DNA from: Macrostomum lignano
Lineage: Eukaryota
Direction of reading: 5' to 3'
Assembly (NCBI GenBank): GCA_002269645.1
Contig: NIVC01000137.1
Coordinates: 558,001 to 622,000 of the forward strand
DNA length: 64,000 nucleotides
Shown here: in pieces, positions 47,085-61,200 of the stretch
How positions within the stretch are numbered: the stretch's first letter is position 1
Layout: the number at the start of each line of letters is the position of its first letter
Program-made: the position numbers and the translations under genes
The notes under the pieces: model-generated
What the model saw: the letters and a program-made list of their open reading frames with translations, nothing else
Databases searched by the model: none
Told to the model about the DNA's origin: nothing

Positions 47085-47935
47085 AACAGGGGCGTCCACC
47101 CACCAAGAGACAGGGGCGCTCACCAAGAGACAGGGGCGCCCACCAAGAGACAGGGACGCCCACCCACCAAGAGACAGGGGCGCTCACCAAGAGACAATGG
47201 CGCCCACCAAGAGACAACGGCGCCCACCAAAAGACAGGGACGCCCACTCACCAATAGACAGGGGCGCCCAACAAGAGACAGGGGCGCCCAACAAGAGACA
47301 GGGGCGCCCAACAAGAGACAGGGGCGCCCAACAAGAGACAGGGGCGCCCAACAAGAGACAGGGGCGCCCAACAAGAGACAGGGGCGCCCAACAAGAGACA
47401 GGGGCGCCCAACAAGAGACAGGGGCGCCCAACAAGAGACAGGGCGCGCCCAACAAGAGACAGGGGCGCCCAACAAGAGACAGGGGCGCCCAACAAGAGAC
47501 AGGGGCGCCCAACAAGAGACAGGGGCGCCCAACAAGAGACAGGGGCGCCCAACAAGAGACAGGGGCGCCCAACAAGAGACAGGGGCGCCCAACAAGAGAC
47601 AGGGGCGCCCAACAAGAGACAGGGGCGCCCAACAAGAGACAGGGGCGCCCAACAAGAGACAGGGGCGCCCAACAAGAGACAGGGGCGCCCAACAAGAGAC
47701 AGGGGCGCCCACAAAGAGACAGGGGCGCCCACTCACCAAGAGACAGGGGCACCCACTCACCAAGAGACAGGGGCGCCCACCCACCAAGAGACAGGGACAC
47801 CTACCAAGAGACAGGGGCACCCACTCATCAAGAGACAGCGGCGCTCACCCACCAAGAGACAGGGGTGCCCACCAAGAGACAGGGACGCCCACCAGAGACA
47901 GGGGCGCCAACCAAGAGACAGGGGCGCCCACCAAG
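47085..47935. repeat. 20-bp minisatellite (AAGAGACAGGGGCGCCCAAC)
   Basis: Direct reading; homogeneous centre, degenerate edges. Confidence 0.97.
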
Positions 47936-48557
47936 ACATCAAATATTGGCGCGCCCCTCCCTTGTCACCTCTCACCAAGACCGCAGACGAAGCTAAAATG
48001 AAAACTGCTGCGCTCACCACTGACTCCGTTGCTGTGTCAGATCTGAGTTCAACCTCGAATTCGATTGTTTGGACCTATCGATTTCTTCGAAGCGACTAGG
48101 AATTAATGAATCCCTTAATAATGAAAATAACGATTAATTGACTGACATGAAATATCAGGACCTGGAGCCCACATGCCTAGCTTAAAGAAAGCCCTAAGCA
48201 TTCATTCTTAATCAAACAAGCTAAGCAGGCACAGTGCAGTGTAAACTCTGCCCGAATAAGCCAGAGTTTTTCTTGTCCCGCCCCCTCCGATTACGTAATG
48301 GTTCCTAAGGAGCCAAGGAGACTCCCCCCTGGGGAACTCCGGACTCGATCCCCCTTCATGCTCCGGTACCAACGAATGGGATCGAGTTCCATCAATAGGC
48401 GCATTGCGTACGCGCGCGAATAATGCTAATAAGGTTTATTTTTACATGGAAAGTGAAGATATTAATGAAGGAAGTAATGAGAGACATTACGGTGGCTCCA
48501 GGGTCTAGATAGACTAAAGAGATAAGGATTTAGGGAACTGTGTTGAATGTGGATATT

Positions 48558-48994
48558 CAGGGGCGTCATGGAAATGAGATTTTATGGTGCGGGAGCAAAG
48601 CAGTCTTTTTCGCCGCAGGTCTTCATTTTGGGGCCGCAGACACTCATTTTGGGGCCGCAGACACTCATTTTGAGGCCGCAGACACTCGTTTGGCGCCGCA
48701 GGCACTCATTTTAGCGCTGATAGTCATTGTGGCGCCGCAGCCAGGCACTCATTTTGGCGCCGCAGGCACTCATTTTGGCACCGCAGTCAGGGACTCGTTT
48801 TGGCGCCGCAGGCACTTTTTTTGGCGCCGCAGGCACTTATTTTGGCGCCGCAGGCACTCATTTTGGCGCCGCAGGCACTCATTTTGGCGCCATGAAGCAA
48901 AATTATTGATTTCCACAACGCGTCACATGGTGTGGGGGGGGGGGGCAAATGCATTAGCATGTCTCTTTTGTCCCCTCCGGTGGCGACGCCCCTG
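48558..48994 (-). mobile_element. hAT-like MITE, same family as 971-1815, inverted, shorter array
   Basis: Perfect 10-bp TIR CAGGGGCGTC/GACGCCCCTG; flanks TGGATATT / CGAATATT (6/8 match, consistent with a decayed 8-bp TSD); internal CACTCATTTTGGCGCCGCAGG repeats. Confidence 0.7.
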
Positions 48995-50387
48995 CGAATA
49001 TTACAAGACCACAAGACTTTATTTTTCTTGGCTTCCAAAAGGCTCCAATCCGTCGCTTTTCACTTGAATTTCCAGGCGCCACTTTGCTGCAATGCTGCAG
49101 ACAATGCGGCTGCACTGGGGGGAGGATATAAGCATGGGAAGATTGAGTGATAAAATGATTGACAGGTGGTCAGCTTTGAGCCGCTCAAACGACTTTGCAA
49201 GGAGTTTGTGTGCGCAAGAAGGAAGCTGGTTATGGGACTGCAGATTGGACAAAATGGGAAGCTGGACGCGGAGGGCCATACGCCACATCATAAACACACA
49301 GAGAGAAAGGGAAAGGCAACTTATTCCTGCGTGAGACGCTTGCCACCCTTCCCAAGAGCCTGACGGAGCGTGGGCCGTTCATCTGCGCTCATCGATGGTG
49401 ATGACAAGACTGCATGGACCGGCTTGAGTCGGAGACAGCTGGAGGCGTGCACAGCTTTCAGTTTGCGCCAGAGACCTGCATGGTCTCAGGGGATTGGAAC
49501 AACAAAACGCCACTTTACATTAGCACGCTCTGTTTAGAGGGCCTATACCATTCAATATAAGTGGGAGGAGTCCAACTGCCACCTGCCCACTGCTTGCACA
49601 CCTTGACCAGCTCCCCCCATCCATTCGATGAAATATTAATTTGCTGCCCAGTTTTTAGTTTAGTCCGGTGGAACAAAAACCCCCCCTCTCCAATGGCGCC
49701 AGGGGCGATTTATACAGACTGGCAACTACAAAGCAGAGGGTTTTGTGAAAAAACTGTGGGAATTGAACCTTTAAATCGTGTCTAAAAACCCATCTAAATT
49801 GTATCTCCTACTTATAGCAGCTCTCTGCAACCCGTTATTCAATTGCAAGAGTAAATGAGAGGTGGTTGATCAGCAACATCAACCAACTGTGTGTCATCGT
49901 GACACTTCATCTATCTTCACGGGGGGGGGCGCACAACCAACGAGTATGACGCCCGATCTCCGCCCACCCTAAGTGGGGTGGAGTGTGTGTGTGTGTGCGT
50001 GAGGAAGAAAAGAAAACAAGCCTTCAGTTTCAATAGGAACACAGCAAGCTACTCTAAGGTCTGACAGGGCAGTTCATTGCCTGGACCAATAGCAGTCCAC
50101 GAAAGCGAATGAACGAATCGCATTGGCAGGAGGCTCGTCTCTCCTTTAGTTAGTAAAACTTCGATGCAGCCCTCTGCCTTCCTCACAGAACTCTCATCTC
50201 TCTTCTACTCTGAAGCCATCGCGTGGCATCAACGAAACTCGAAATTCAAAACACGCGCTCGGCGGCTTGAAAGTTTCCTCAGTTGGAAGTCGAAAACTTT
50301 ACTAAACATCCCACCGACCGAGGATGATTCGCATGGGATTTAGTTGAAACTCGAACGGCTAACTAATCTCAAAACCAGAAGCGCCAG

Positions 50388-53201
50388 ATGAAAGGGCTGA
50401 GAATGCTTCGTCTGGTTGGTGCTTTTATCTTCGCAGCAAGTCTGCGTTTCGCAGTCGCCTCAGAGACGAGACTGCCTGACAACATCAACTTCAACAGCAA
50501 AGTGGCCAGCTTGACCGCGCTGAGCCGGGACTTCCCGCCGCCACCTGCTGGAGATCCGAGCGGCTATTATCGAGCCAGCCTGCGCCCGTACCAGACTCAG
50601 CTCGAAGGATTCTTCGTGGTTGACCGGTTGGGCACCATTTCCGCTAATCGAGACATCGATAGGGACGAGATCTGCTCAAAGCTAGACTGCTGCGGCAGCC
50701 TCGAGTGCCGGATGGAGTTCATCGCCTCAGTGACGGTACGTCCAGCCGACTCAGCACGAACGCTCACCTTCCAGCTTGTGCTCATTGATGAGAACGACGA
50801 GGCGCCAAGCTTCCCCAACTCTGGGCCAATCGACATTCGAGAAGACGCTGTGGTTGGCTCGGACAATGTCAAACTGCCTGCAGCAGTAGACAAAGATTCC
50901 CCAGCTTTCTCAGTCAAGGCGTACAATCTCACTGACCCGACTGGTACTTTTGCTGTGGTGCTGAAATCCGGTGTTCCGCATATAAAACTGCTGCGCCCCC
51001 TAGACAGAGAGACCGAGCCGCAGTACCAGGTAACACTGCGAGCCACTGACGGCGAGCACGAGGGTTCCGTGGTCATCACAGTTCGAGTAGGCGACGTCAA
51101 CGACAATCCTCCAATTTTTGACCAGGGAACGTTTGTAAAGTCAGAATTCCCCGAGAACAGAAGAGTCAACAACGACCCAATCAGTCCGCTGACCGCTAGT
51201 GACAAGGATGCAGGGCGGAACGCGAAAGTCATCTACCGCATCGCTGCGGTGGATCCGCCGACCTTAAACAGCTTTTTCGATGTTCGTATTGAAAACGGTT
51301 TCTGGGGCCTCTTTCTTAATCAGAGCTTGGACTACGAGGTACCCCAGCAGCGAACTGCCAAGGTGTTTATTGAAGCTCGCGATCAAGGCAGTCCTCCACA
51401 ATCATCGACGTGTACAGTCAGCATCAGCGTCACTGATATCAACGACAATGAGCCGGTGATTAAAGAGCTGGCGAACTATCAACTTGATGAACATCGTCCG
51501 CCGGAGGTTCTGGTCAAGGCCATCCAGGTAACTGATGCAGATGCTGTGTCTATCGGCAAGGTGCAGTGCATGCTTGAGTCAAATCCCAAGTTTAAGTTGG
51601 AAAGGAACACAATATCCAGTCCCACTGACATTGTGGAGCAAGCAACCTACAACATGTACAGCACCACCACCTTCGACTATGAGGTAGCCCAGGAGGAAAA
51701 GGTGGACATTAAGTGTCTGGACAATGCATCGCCAGTAAGGACCACGCGACAGTCGTTCATCATACCGATTCGTGAGACGAACGATGACCCACCGAAATTC
51801 ATCTCAAAAAGCTACTTCAAGCAGGTGGATGAAGACCTTTCAGTGAACAGGCAAGCGTTAAAGGTGAGCGCAACCGATCGCGATAAAGGCTTCTACGGCG
51901 AAATCGAATACTTGCTTGACGAGATCGGGCAGCGCAACTTCACTGTCGATAGCGAAGGCAGCATCAAAGTCAAAGTGCCATTGGACCGTGAGACCGCAAA
52001 AAACCTGCGCTTCAACGTCATAGCTAGAGACCGAGGCAACCTGTCGGACACAGCGACAGTTGTCATTGAGCTTCTCGACGTCAACGACAATGACCCCTAC
52101 TACACCGGTCCCTTGACTGCCAGCGTGCAGGAAAACAGCCCGCCAGGCACCCCGGTAGCTCAAGTGTCTTTCGCCGACCCGGATTTAGGCGAGAATGGCA
52201 CGGTCGATTTCGATCTGAGCAGCAGCGAAGAGCATCGCCCAGTCAACGAGTACTTCAGCCTGCATCGCAACGGCACCCTGACGGTCAGAAAGCCAATCGA
52301 CAGGGAGACTTGGTCAAGCATGCCCGTGGCGCTAACCGCCTGGGACATGGGATTGCGAAGGAGAAGCTCAACGGCTGTGCTGACAGTCAACATCGGCGAC
52401 GTCAACGACTGTCCACCAACGGTGGTTAAGCCACGACCTGGAGCACTACTAGGCATCGGCAATGTCTTCTACACAAACGTACCCCGCAAGACCCTTCTGA
52501 TAACTGTCGAGGCTGAGGACAAAGACGCTGGAGAGAATCGTACAGTCGACTACCGCCTGCTGGCGTCCAATGCCAGCTCCCTCTTCGACATCGACAGGCA
52601 GAGTGGCGAGATTCACTCGGTGTGGCGGCCCGAGGAGGCTCCCCCGATGCCCGGGCTGTACTACCTCACCGTGCAGGTGACCGACCGAGGCAGCCGTGTG
52701 CGACTGAGCAGCGAGACCACATTCTACGTGCGACTGACAGCTCCGCCTGAGGCTCAATTCGCCTCGGCCGGCATCAGCGGCCTCATCATCCTGATTCTCA
52801 TCATCGCCGGCACGGTGGTCATCGCTGTTGGCCTCATCGTGGCGATTTGCTACGTGCGCGGCCGGGCAGACAGTCCGGACGACCTTGGCGCTGGCGTCGC
52901 CGAGGCAGGCGCCTCCGATCTGGCCGAGGCGCGCTTGAAGATGCGCGCTAACGCTGAGGATTTCCATGGCTACCACCGGGAGAGCCCCGTGCCGCCCTAC
53001 GATGCCCGACTGCTGCACCAGCAGCAGCACCAGTGCCAGCACCAGCTGCAGCACCTGTTGCAGCATCAGCATCAGCCGCCTCACGGCTCCTTGAAGCGGC
53101 ACCAGCAGGATTATTACGCCTGGTCGCGGCCGGGCTCCCCGCTGACAATGATGTCGTTGCAGCAGCAGCAGCAGCAACAACACGGAGACGACATTAAGCA
53201 G
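50388..53201 (+). CDS. Delta-type protocadherin, large first coding exon (signal peptide, 7 cadherin repeats, TM, start of Q/H-rich tail)
   Basis: DRDEIC...CC in EC1; linkers DENDEAP, DVNDNPP, DINDNEP, ETNDDPP, DVNDNDP, DVNDCPP; DRE/DYE motifs; TM GISGLIILILIIAGTVVIAVGLIVAICYV; donor CAG|GTGAGA at 53202. Later exons not established. Confidence 0.92.
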
Positions 53202-54173
53202 GTGAGACAACCGGGCCGGTAGACAGGGAGGGGCAGGAACCGGAATGAGTGGTAATTATTAACACCCATACAGCTGAAGGGCCGTGTTTGTTCTGCGTGA
53301 CTTTGCTAATTAAGCAGCGGGAGGTCCGGCATATTCCGGCGACTCTGAACAGCCCCCGAGTACCCTCCAGAGCGGCTTCGGATCTTGGCTAGAAGCAGAA
53401 GTTCGTGCTGTACATTAATTTTCAGTCCACTTCAGGGCCAGCGTGAGATCTCAGACGAGCTCGAGTTGCAGCTCCGCCTCACATCCAGCCTCGACCCCTG
53501 GCGAGTATTCAGACTTGCTAAAAAAGCCATGCGGCTACTCGGATAGGGCGCGGGCAACTCAAACTCAACTTAACACCCGAGACAGGGCCTTAAGGGTTGA
53601 AGTGAAAAGAGAGAGAGGGAAAGCCTGAGCTGTATGGCTCTGGCGTGTTTTGAGTCAGGATTTGTCACGCCTGTGCACCTGATTTAATTAATTCCTTCCT
53701 TCCTCCCCTTCGGCCCCACCAACCCAGCCAGCCCAAAAACAACCGAGCAAAGCAAAGAAATTTCGAATCGCCTCTCCTGCTTGCCTCTTCCCCCGTCTCC
53801 ACTTTCTATTGAGACGTTTCTTCCTGCGTAGCAATTGCATCCGAGTGTCGAGAGGTCTTTGGCAAAATTTTTATTTTCACTTTTTTTTAGGCTGAAAATG
53901 GGCAGGCCAGAAAAACATATCAGACTTTATTGAGCTCTCGCTTCAACTGCGGACTGAGCAGAATTTATGCGAGGTCACGAACAAATTTGCTCAATTTTGC
54001 AGGTCAGTCTGGAGTGAAGCCAAAAATACTCAACTGCAAGGGTGACACGTTGATTGATTAGGTGTAACGGCAATTAATGACTAGAATCATCTTCAGGCTT
54101 TTTATTATTGGATTAAGATTGTGGCAATCTGATAAGGAACCTGACAGACATTCAAAATTTTACGGAAGGCTAT

Positions 54174-57100
54174 TCTGACACCCTCCTGACAGCTACTCTG
54201 ACACCCTCCTGACAGCTACTCTGACATCCTCCTGACAGCTACTCTGACATCCTCCTGACAGCTACTCTGACATCCTCCTGACAGCTACTCTGACATCCTC
54301 CTGACTGATACTCTGACATCCTCCTGACAGCTACTCTGACATCCTCCTGACAGCTACTCTGACATCCTCCTGACTGATACTCTGACATCCTCCTGACTGA
54401 TACTCTGACATCCTCCTGACTGATACTCTGACATCCTCCTGACTGATACTCTGACATCCTCCTGACAGCTACTCTGACATCCTCCTGACAGCTACTCTGA
54501 CATCCTCCTGACTGATACTCTGACACCCTCCTGACAGCTACTCTGACATCCTCCTGACTGATACTCTGACATCCTCCTGACAGCTACTCTGACACCCTCC
54601 TGACTGATACTCTGACACCCTCCTGACAGCTACTCTGACATCCTCCTGACTGATACTCTGACATCCTCCTGACTGATACTCTGACATCCTCCTGACTGAT
54701 ACTCTGACATCCTCCTGACTGATACTCTGACATCCTCCTGACAGCTACTCTGACACCCTCCTGACAGCTACTCTGACACCCTCCTGACTGATACTCTGAC
54801 ACCCTCCTGACAGCTACTCTGACATCCTCCTGACTGATACTCTGACACCCTCCTGACAGCTACTCTGACATCCTCCTGACAGCTACTCTGACATCCTCCT
54901 GACTGATACTCTGACATCCTCCTGACAGCTACTCTGACACCCTCCTGACAGCTACTCTGACACCCTCCTGACAGCTACTCTGACACCCTCCTGACAGCTA
55001 CTCTGACATCCTCCTGACTGATACTCTGACATCCTCCTGACTGATACTCTGACATCCTCCTGACTGATACTCTGACATCCTCCTGACAGCTACTCTGACA
55101 CCCTCCTGACAGCTACTCTGACATCCTCCTGACAGCTACTCTGACATCCTCCTGACTGATACTCTGACACCCTCCTGACAGCTACTCTGACACCCTCCTG
55201 ACTGATACTCTGACATCCTCCTGACAGCTACTCTGACACCCTCCTGACTGATACTCTGACATCCTCCTGACAGCTACTCTGACACCCTCCTGACAGCTAC
55301 TCTGACATCCTCCTGACAGCTACTCTGACACCCTCCTGACAGCTACTTTGACATCCTCCTGACTGATACTCTGACATCCTCCTGGCAGCTACTCTGACAC
55401 CCTCCGGACAGCTACTCTGACATCCTCCTGACAGCTACTCTGACACCCTCCTGACTGATACTCTGACATCCTCCTGACTGATACTCTGACATCCTCCTGA
55501 CTGATACTCTGACATCCTCCTGACAGCTACTCTGACACCCTCCTGACAGCTACTCTGACACCCTCCTGACAGCTACTCTGACACCCTCCTGACAGCTACT
55601 CTGACATCCTCCTGACTGATACTCTGACATCCTCCTGACTGATACTCTGACATCCTCCTGACTGATACTCTGACATCCTCCTGACAGCTACTCTGACACC
55701 CTCCTGACAGCTACTCTGACACCCTCCTGACAGCTACTCTGACATCCTCCTGACTGATACTCTGACATCCTCCTGACTGATACTCTGACATCCTCCTGAC
55801 TGATACTCTGACATCCTCCTGACAGCTACTCTGACATCCTCCTGACTGATACTCTGACATCCTCCTGACAGCTACTCTGACACCCTCCTGACAGCTACTC
55901 TGACACCCTCCTGACAGCTACTCTGACACCCTCCTGACAGCTACTCTGACATCCTCCTGACTGATACTCTGACATCCTCCTGACTGATACTCTGACATCC
56001 TCCTGACTGATACTCTGACATCCTCCTGACAGCTACTCTGACACCCTCCTGACAGCTACTCTGACATCCTCCTGACAGCTACTCTGACATCCTCCTGACT
56101 GATACTCTGACACCCTCCTGACAGCTACTCTGACACCCTCCTGACAGCTACTCTGACATCCTCCTGACAGCTACTCTGACATCCTCCTGACAGCTACTCT
56201 GACACCCTCCTGACTGATACTCTGACATCCTCCTGACAGCTACTCTGACACCCTCCTGACAGCTACTCTGACATCCTCCTGACAGCTACTCTGACACCCT
56301 CCTGACAGCTACTCTGACATCCTCCTGACTGATACTCTGACATCCTCCTGGCAGCTACTCTGACACCCTCCGGACAGCTACTCTGACATCCTCCTGACAG
56401 CTACTCTGACACCCTCCTGACTGATACTCTGACATCCTCCTGACTGATACTCTGACATCCTCCTGACAGCTACTCTGGCACCCTCCTGACAGCTACTCTG
56501 ACATCCTCCTGACTGATACTCTGACATCCTCCTGACAGCTACTCTGACATCCTCCTGACTGATACTATGACATCCTCCTGACAGCTACTCTGACACCCTC
56601 CTGACAGCTACTCTGACACCCTGACAGCTACTCTGGCACCTCCTGACAGCTACTCTGACATCCTCCTGACTGATACTCTGACATCCTCCTGACTGATACT
56701 CTGACATCCTCCTGACAGCTACTCTGACATCCTCCTGACTGATACTCTGACACCCTCCTGACTGATACTCTGACATCCTCCTGACAGCTACTCTGGCACC
56801 CTCCTGACAGCTACTCTGACATCCTCCTGACTGATACTCTGACATCCTCCTGACAGCTACTCTGACATCCTCCTGACTGATACTCTGACATCCTCCTGAC
56901 AGCTACTCTGACACCCTCCTGACAGCTACTCTGACACCCTCCTGACAGCTACTCTGGCACCCTCCTGACAGCTACTCTGACATCCTCCTGACTGATACTC
57001 TGACATCCTCCTGACTGATACTCTGACATCCTCCTGACTGATACTCTGACATCCTCCTGACTGATACTCTGACACCCTCCTGACTGATACTCTGACATCC

Positions 57101-57245
57101 TCCTGACTGATACTCGGATATCCTTCTGACAGCTACTCTGACACCCTCATGACAGATACTCTGTCACCCTCCTGACAGCTACTCTGACACCCTCATGACA
57201 GCTACTCTGACACCCTCCTGACAGCTACTCTGACACCCTCCTGAC
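54174..57245. repeat. 23-bp minisatellite (CTGACAGCTACTCTGACATCCTC), ~3.1 kb
   Basis: Direct reading. Confidence 0.98.
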
Positions 57246-57506
57246 TCTCCATTCTGTCATATTTGTATTTGATTAAGATGACAATGCTCCATTTGACACC
57301 GTCTCCGCCAATCACCCCTATCAGATGTTAATATTCCTACCGTAAAATGCAAGAAATTAAAAGTACAAATATTCACTAACAGCCAGATAGCTGTATCAGT
57401 TATATGCTAGCCAAGGTAGGTTATCAATGAGATCGCTATTCACAGGCAGGGACACATTTATGCGTTAGAATTTGGAATTTGAGCACCTTGGGGAACGTCA
57501 GGTAAA

Positions 57507-58272
57507 TGTGATGGGGGACGGAGCTTGAGCAGGTCAAGCGAGCAGCGCGTCACTAAGGGAGGGGGGACACAAGGCGCACCTGTAGATTATGGAAAAAACT
57601 AAGCAAGAAATGCAGGAAAGGAAGAGAAGGCAGCAGACGGATGAAGGCAGCCTCAGAGAGTCTGAGACGAAAAGGAAAAGGTAGAGAGGATGTGGGAGAC
57701 GCGTCAGAAGGAAGAGCTTGCAGGATGATTGTGAATTGTGATTTTTTTGCAACTATTGACACAATATGGAATATTAGATTATAGAAAAGGTCTCGATAAA
57801 GCCAAGCATTTATCATGCCATCCTCTTTAAGATTAGGCGTGTCAAGAGCATCCCAAGTGGGATTTGAGAAAATCTGCTCCAAAGGGATCAGGCAGATGGC
57901 GCGTTTCTTTTGTGCTTAATTAAAGAAATTTTTCATATGTAGGGAAAGCTTTTGATTTTCGCTTTGAGCCTTTGAAAATTGTATGTGCGATTAGCCAAGC
58001 AAATTCCCGTGACTGTCTGAGCTGGCACGTGCCAAGGATCGATTTGTGAGCTCTGCGGGTGCCTCAAAACTGAAATATGAGCAACTGCATCTGGTGTCAG
58101 TGCGTGGCAGATTGCTGATTGGGTCGCTGGGAACTCATTCATCCAATCAATTGGAATAATTGCGATATCTAGCTAGCATCATCTTTTTGGTTATTAACCT
58201 AGAATCTGATAGGCACTCGGCATTTCACTTTAGCAAACATAATAAAAAGATAAAGTTACATTGGTGAACCGT
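57507..58272 (+). mobile_element. Possible LTR followed by a primer-binding site
   Basis: Starts TGT (57507), AATAAA at 58241, ends ACA (58260), then TTGGTGAACCG. No partner LTR or gag-pol in the window. Confidence 0.35.
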
Positions 58273-58293
58273 TCCTAACAAATCGTGGTGACT

Positions 58294-61200
58294 ACTACTC
58301 TGTCTACTCCCTCTCTCCACCCTCTGTCTACTCCTCTCTCTCCACCCTCTGTCTACTCCCTCTCTCCACCCTCTGTCTATCTCTCTCTCCACCCTCTGTC
58401 TACTCCTCTCTCCACCCTCTGTCTACTTTCCGTCTCTCCACCCTCTGTCTACTCCCTCTCTCCACCCTCTGTCTCTTTCCCTCTCTCCACCCTCTGTCTA
58501 CTCCTCTCTCCACCCTCTGTCTTACTCCTCTCTCTCCACCCTCTGTCTACTCCTCTCTCTCCACCCTCTGTCTACCTCCCTCTCTCCACCCTCTGTCTAC
58601 TTTCCGTCTCTCCACCTCTGTCTACTCCTCTCTCTCCACCCTCTGTCTACTCCTCTCTCTCCACCCTCTGTCTACTCCTCTCTTCCACCCTCTGTCTACT
58701 TTCCGTCTCTCCACCCTCTGTCTACTCCCTCTCTCCACCCTGTCTACTTTCCGTCTCTCCACCCTCTGTCTACTCCTCTCTCCACCCTCTGTCTACTTTC
58801 CGTCTCTCCACCCTCTGTCTACTCCCTCTCTCCACCCTCTGTCTACTCCTCTCTCTCCACCCTCTGTCTACTCCTCTCTCCACCCTGTCTACTTCCCTCT
58901 CTCCACCCTCTGTCTACTCCCTCTCTCCACCCTCTGTCTACTCCTCTCTCTCACCCTCTGTCTACTCCCTCTCCACCCTCTGTCTACTCCTCTCTCTCCA
59001 CCCTCTGTCTACTCCCTCTTCTCCACCCTCTGTCTACTCCTCTCTCTCCACCTCTGTCTACTTTCCCTCTCTCCACCCTCTGTCTAATCCTCTCTCCACC
59101 CTCTGTCTACTCCCTCTACCCTCTGTCTACTCCCTCTCTTCACACTCTGTCTACTCCTCTCTCTCCACCCTCTGTCTACTTTCCCTCTCTCCACCCTCTG
59201 TCTACTCCTCTCTCTCCACCCTCTGTCTACTCCTCTCTTCACACTCTGTCTACTCCTCTCTCCACCCTCTGTCTACTCCCTCTCTCCACCCTCTGTCTAC
59301 TCCTCTCTCTCCACCCTCTGTCTACTTTCCGTCTCTCCACCCTCTGTCTACTCCTCTCTCCCCTCTGTCTACTCCTCTCTCTCCACCCTCTGTCTACTCC
59401 CTCTCTCCACCCTCTGTCTACTTTCCCTCTCTCCACCCTCTGTCTACTCCCTCTCTCCACCCTCTGTCTACTCCTCTCTCTCCACCCTCTGTCTACTCCC
59501 TCTCACCCTCTGTCTACTCCTCTCTCTCCACCCTCTGTCTACCTCCCTCTCTCCCTCTCTCCACCCTCTGTCTACTCCTCTCTCTCCACCCTCTGTCTAC
59601 TTTCCCTCTCTCCACCCTCTGTCTAATCCTCTCTCCACCTCTGTCTACTCCCTCTTACCTCTGTCTACTCCCTCTCTCCACCCTCTGTCTACTCCTCTCT
59701 CCACCCTCTGTCTACTCCCTCTCTCTACCCTCTGTCTACTCCTCTCTCTCCACCCTCTGTCTACTCCCTCTCTTCACCCTCTGTCTACTCCCTCTCTTCA
59801 CACTCTGTCTACTCCCTCTCTCCACCCTCTGTCTACTCCCTCTCTTCACCCTCTGTCTACTCCCTCTCTCCACCCTCTGTCTACTCTCTCTCTCCACCCT
59901 CTGTCTACTCCTCTCTCTCCACCTCTGTCTACTCCTCTCTCTCCACCCTCTGTCTACTTTCCCTCTCTCCACCCTCTGTCTACTCCTCTCTCCACCCTCT
60001 GTCTACTCCCTCTCTCCACCCTCTGTCTACTCCCTCTCTTCACACTCTGTCTACTCCCTCTCTCCACCCTCTGTCTACTCCCTCTCTCCACCCTCTGTCT
60101 ACTTTCCGTCTCTCCACCCTCTGTCTACTCCCTCTCTCCACCCTCTGTCTACTTTCCCTCTCTCCACCCTCTGTCTACTCCCTCTCTCCACCCTCTGTCT
60201 ACTCCTCTCTCTCCACCCTCTGTCTACTCCTCTCTCTCCACCCTCTGTCTACTCCCTCTCTCCACCCTCTGTCTACTTTCCGTCTCTCCACCCTCTGTCT
60301 ACTCCTCTCTCTCCACCCTCTGTCTACTCCTCTCTCTCCACCCTCTGTCTACTCCTCTCTCTCCACCCTCTGTCTACTTTCCCTCTCTCCACCCTCTGTC
60401 TACTCCCTCTCTCCACCCTCTGTCTACTTTCCGTCTCTCCACCCTCTGTCTACTCCCTCTCTCCACCCTCTGTCTACTTTCCGTCTCTCCACCCTCTGTC
60501 TACTCCCTCTCTCCACCCTCTGTCTACTCCTCTCTCTCCACCCTCTGTCTACTCCCTCTCTCCACCCTCTGTCTACTTTCCCTCTCTCCACCCTCTGTCT
60601 ACTCCCTCTCTCCACCCTCTGTCTACTCCTCTCTCTCCACCCTCTGTCTACTCCCTCTCTCCACCCTCTGTCTACTTTCCCTCTCTCCACCCTCTGTCTA
60701 CTCCCTCTCTCCACCCTCTGTCTACTCCTCTCTCTCCACCCTCTGTCTACTTTCCCTCTCTCCACCCTCTGTCTAATCCTCTCTCCACCCTCTGTCTACT
60801 CCCTCTACCCTCTGTCTACTCCCTCTCTTCACACTCTGTCTACTCCTCTCTCTCCACCCTCTGTCTACTTTCCCTCTCTCCACCCTCTGTCTACTCCTCT
60901 CTCTCCACCCTCTGTCTACTCCCTCTCTTCACACTCTGTCTACTCCCTCTCTCCACCCTCTGTCTACTCCCTCTCTCCACCCTCTGTCTACTCCTCTCTC
61001 TCCACCCTCTGTCTACTTTCCGTCTCTCACCCTCTGTCTACTCCCTCTCTCCACCCTCTGTCTACTCCTCTCTCTCCACCCTCTGTCTACTCCCTCTCTC
61101 CACCCTCTGTCTACTCCTCTCTCTCCACCCTCTGTCTACTCCCTCTCTCCACCCTCTGTCTACTCCTCTCTCTCCACCCTCTGTCTACTTTCCCTCTCTC

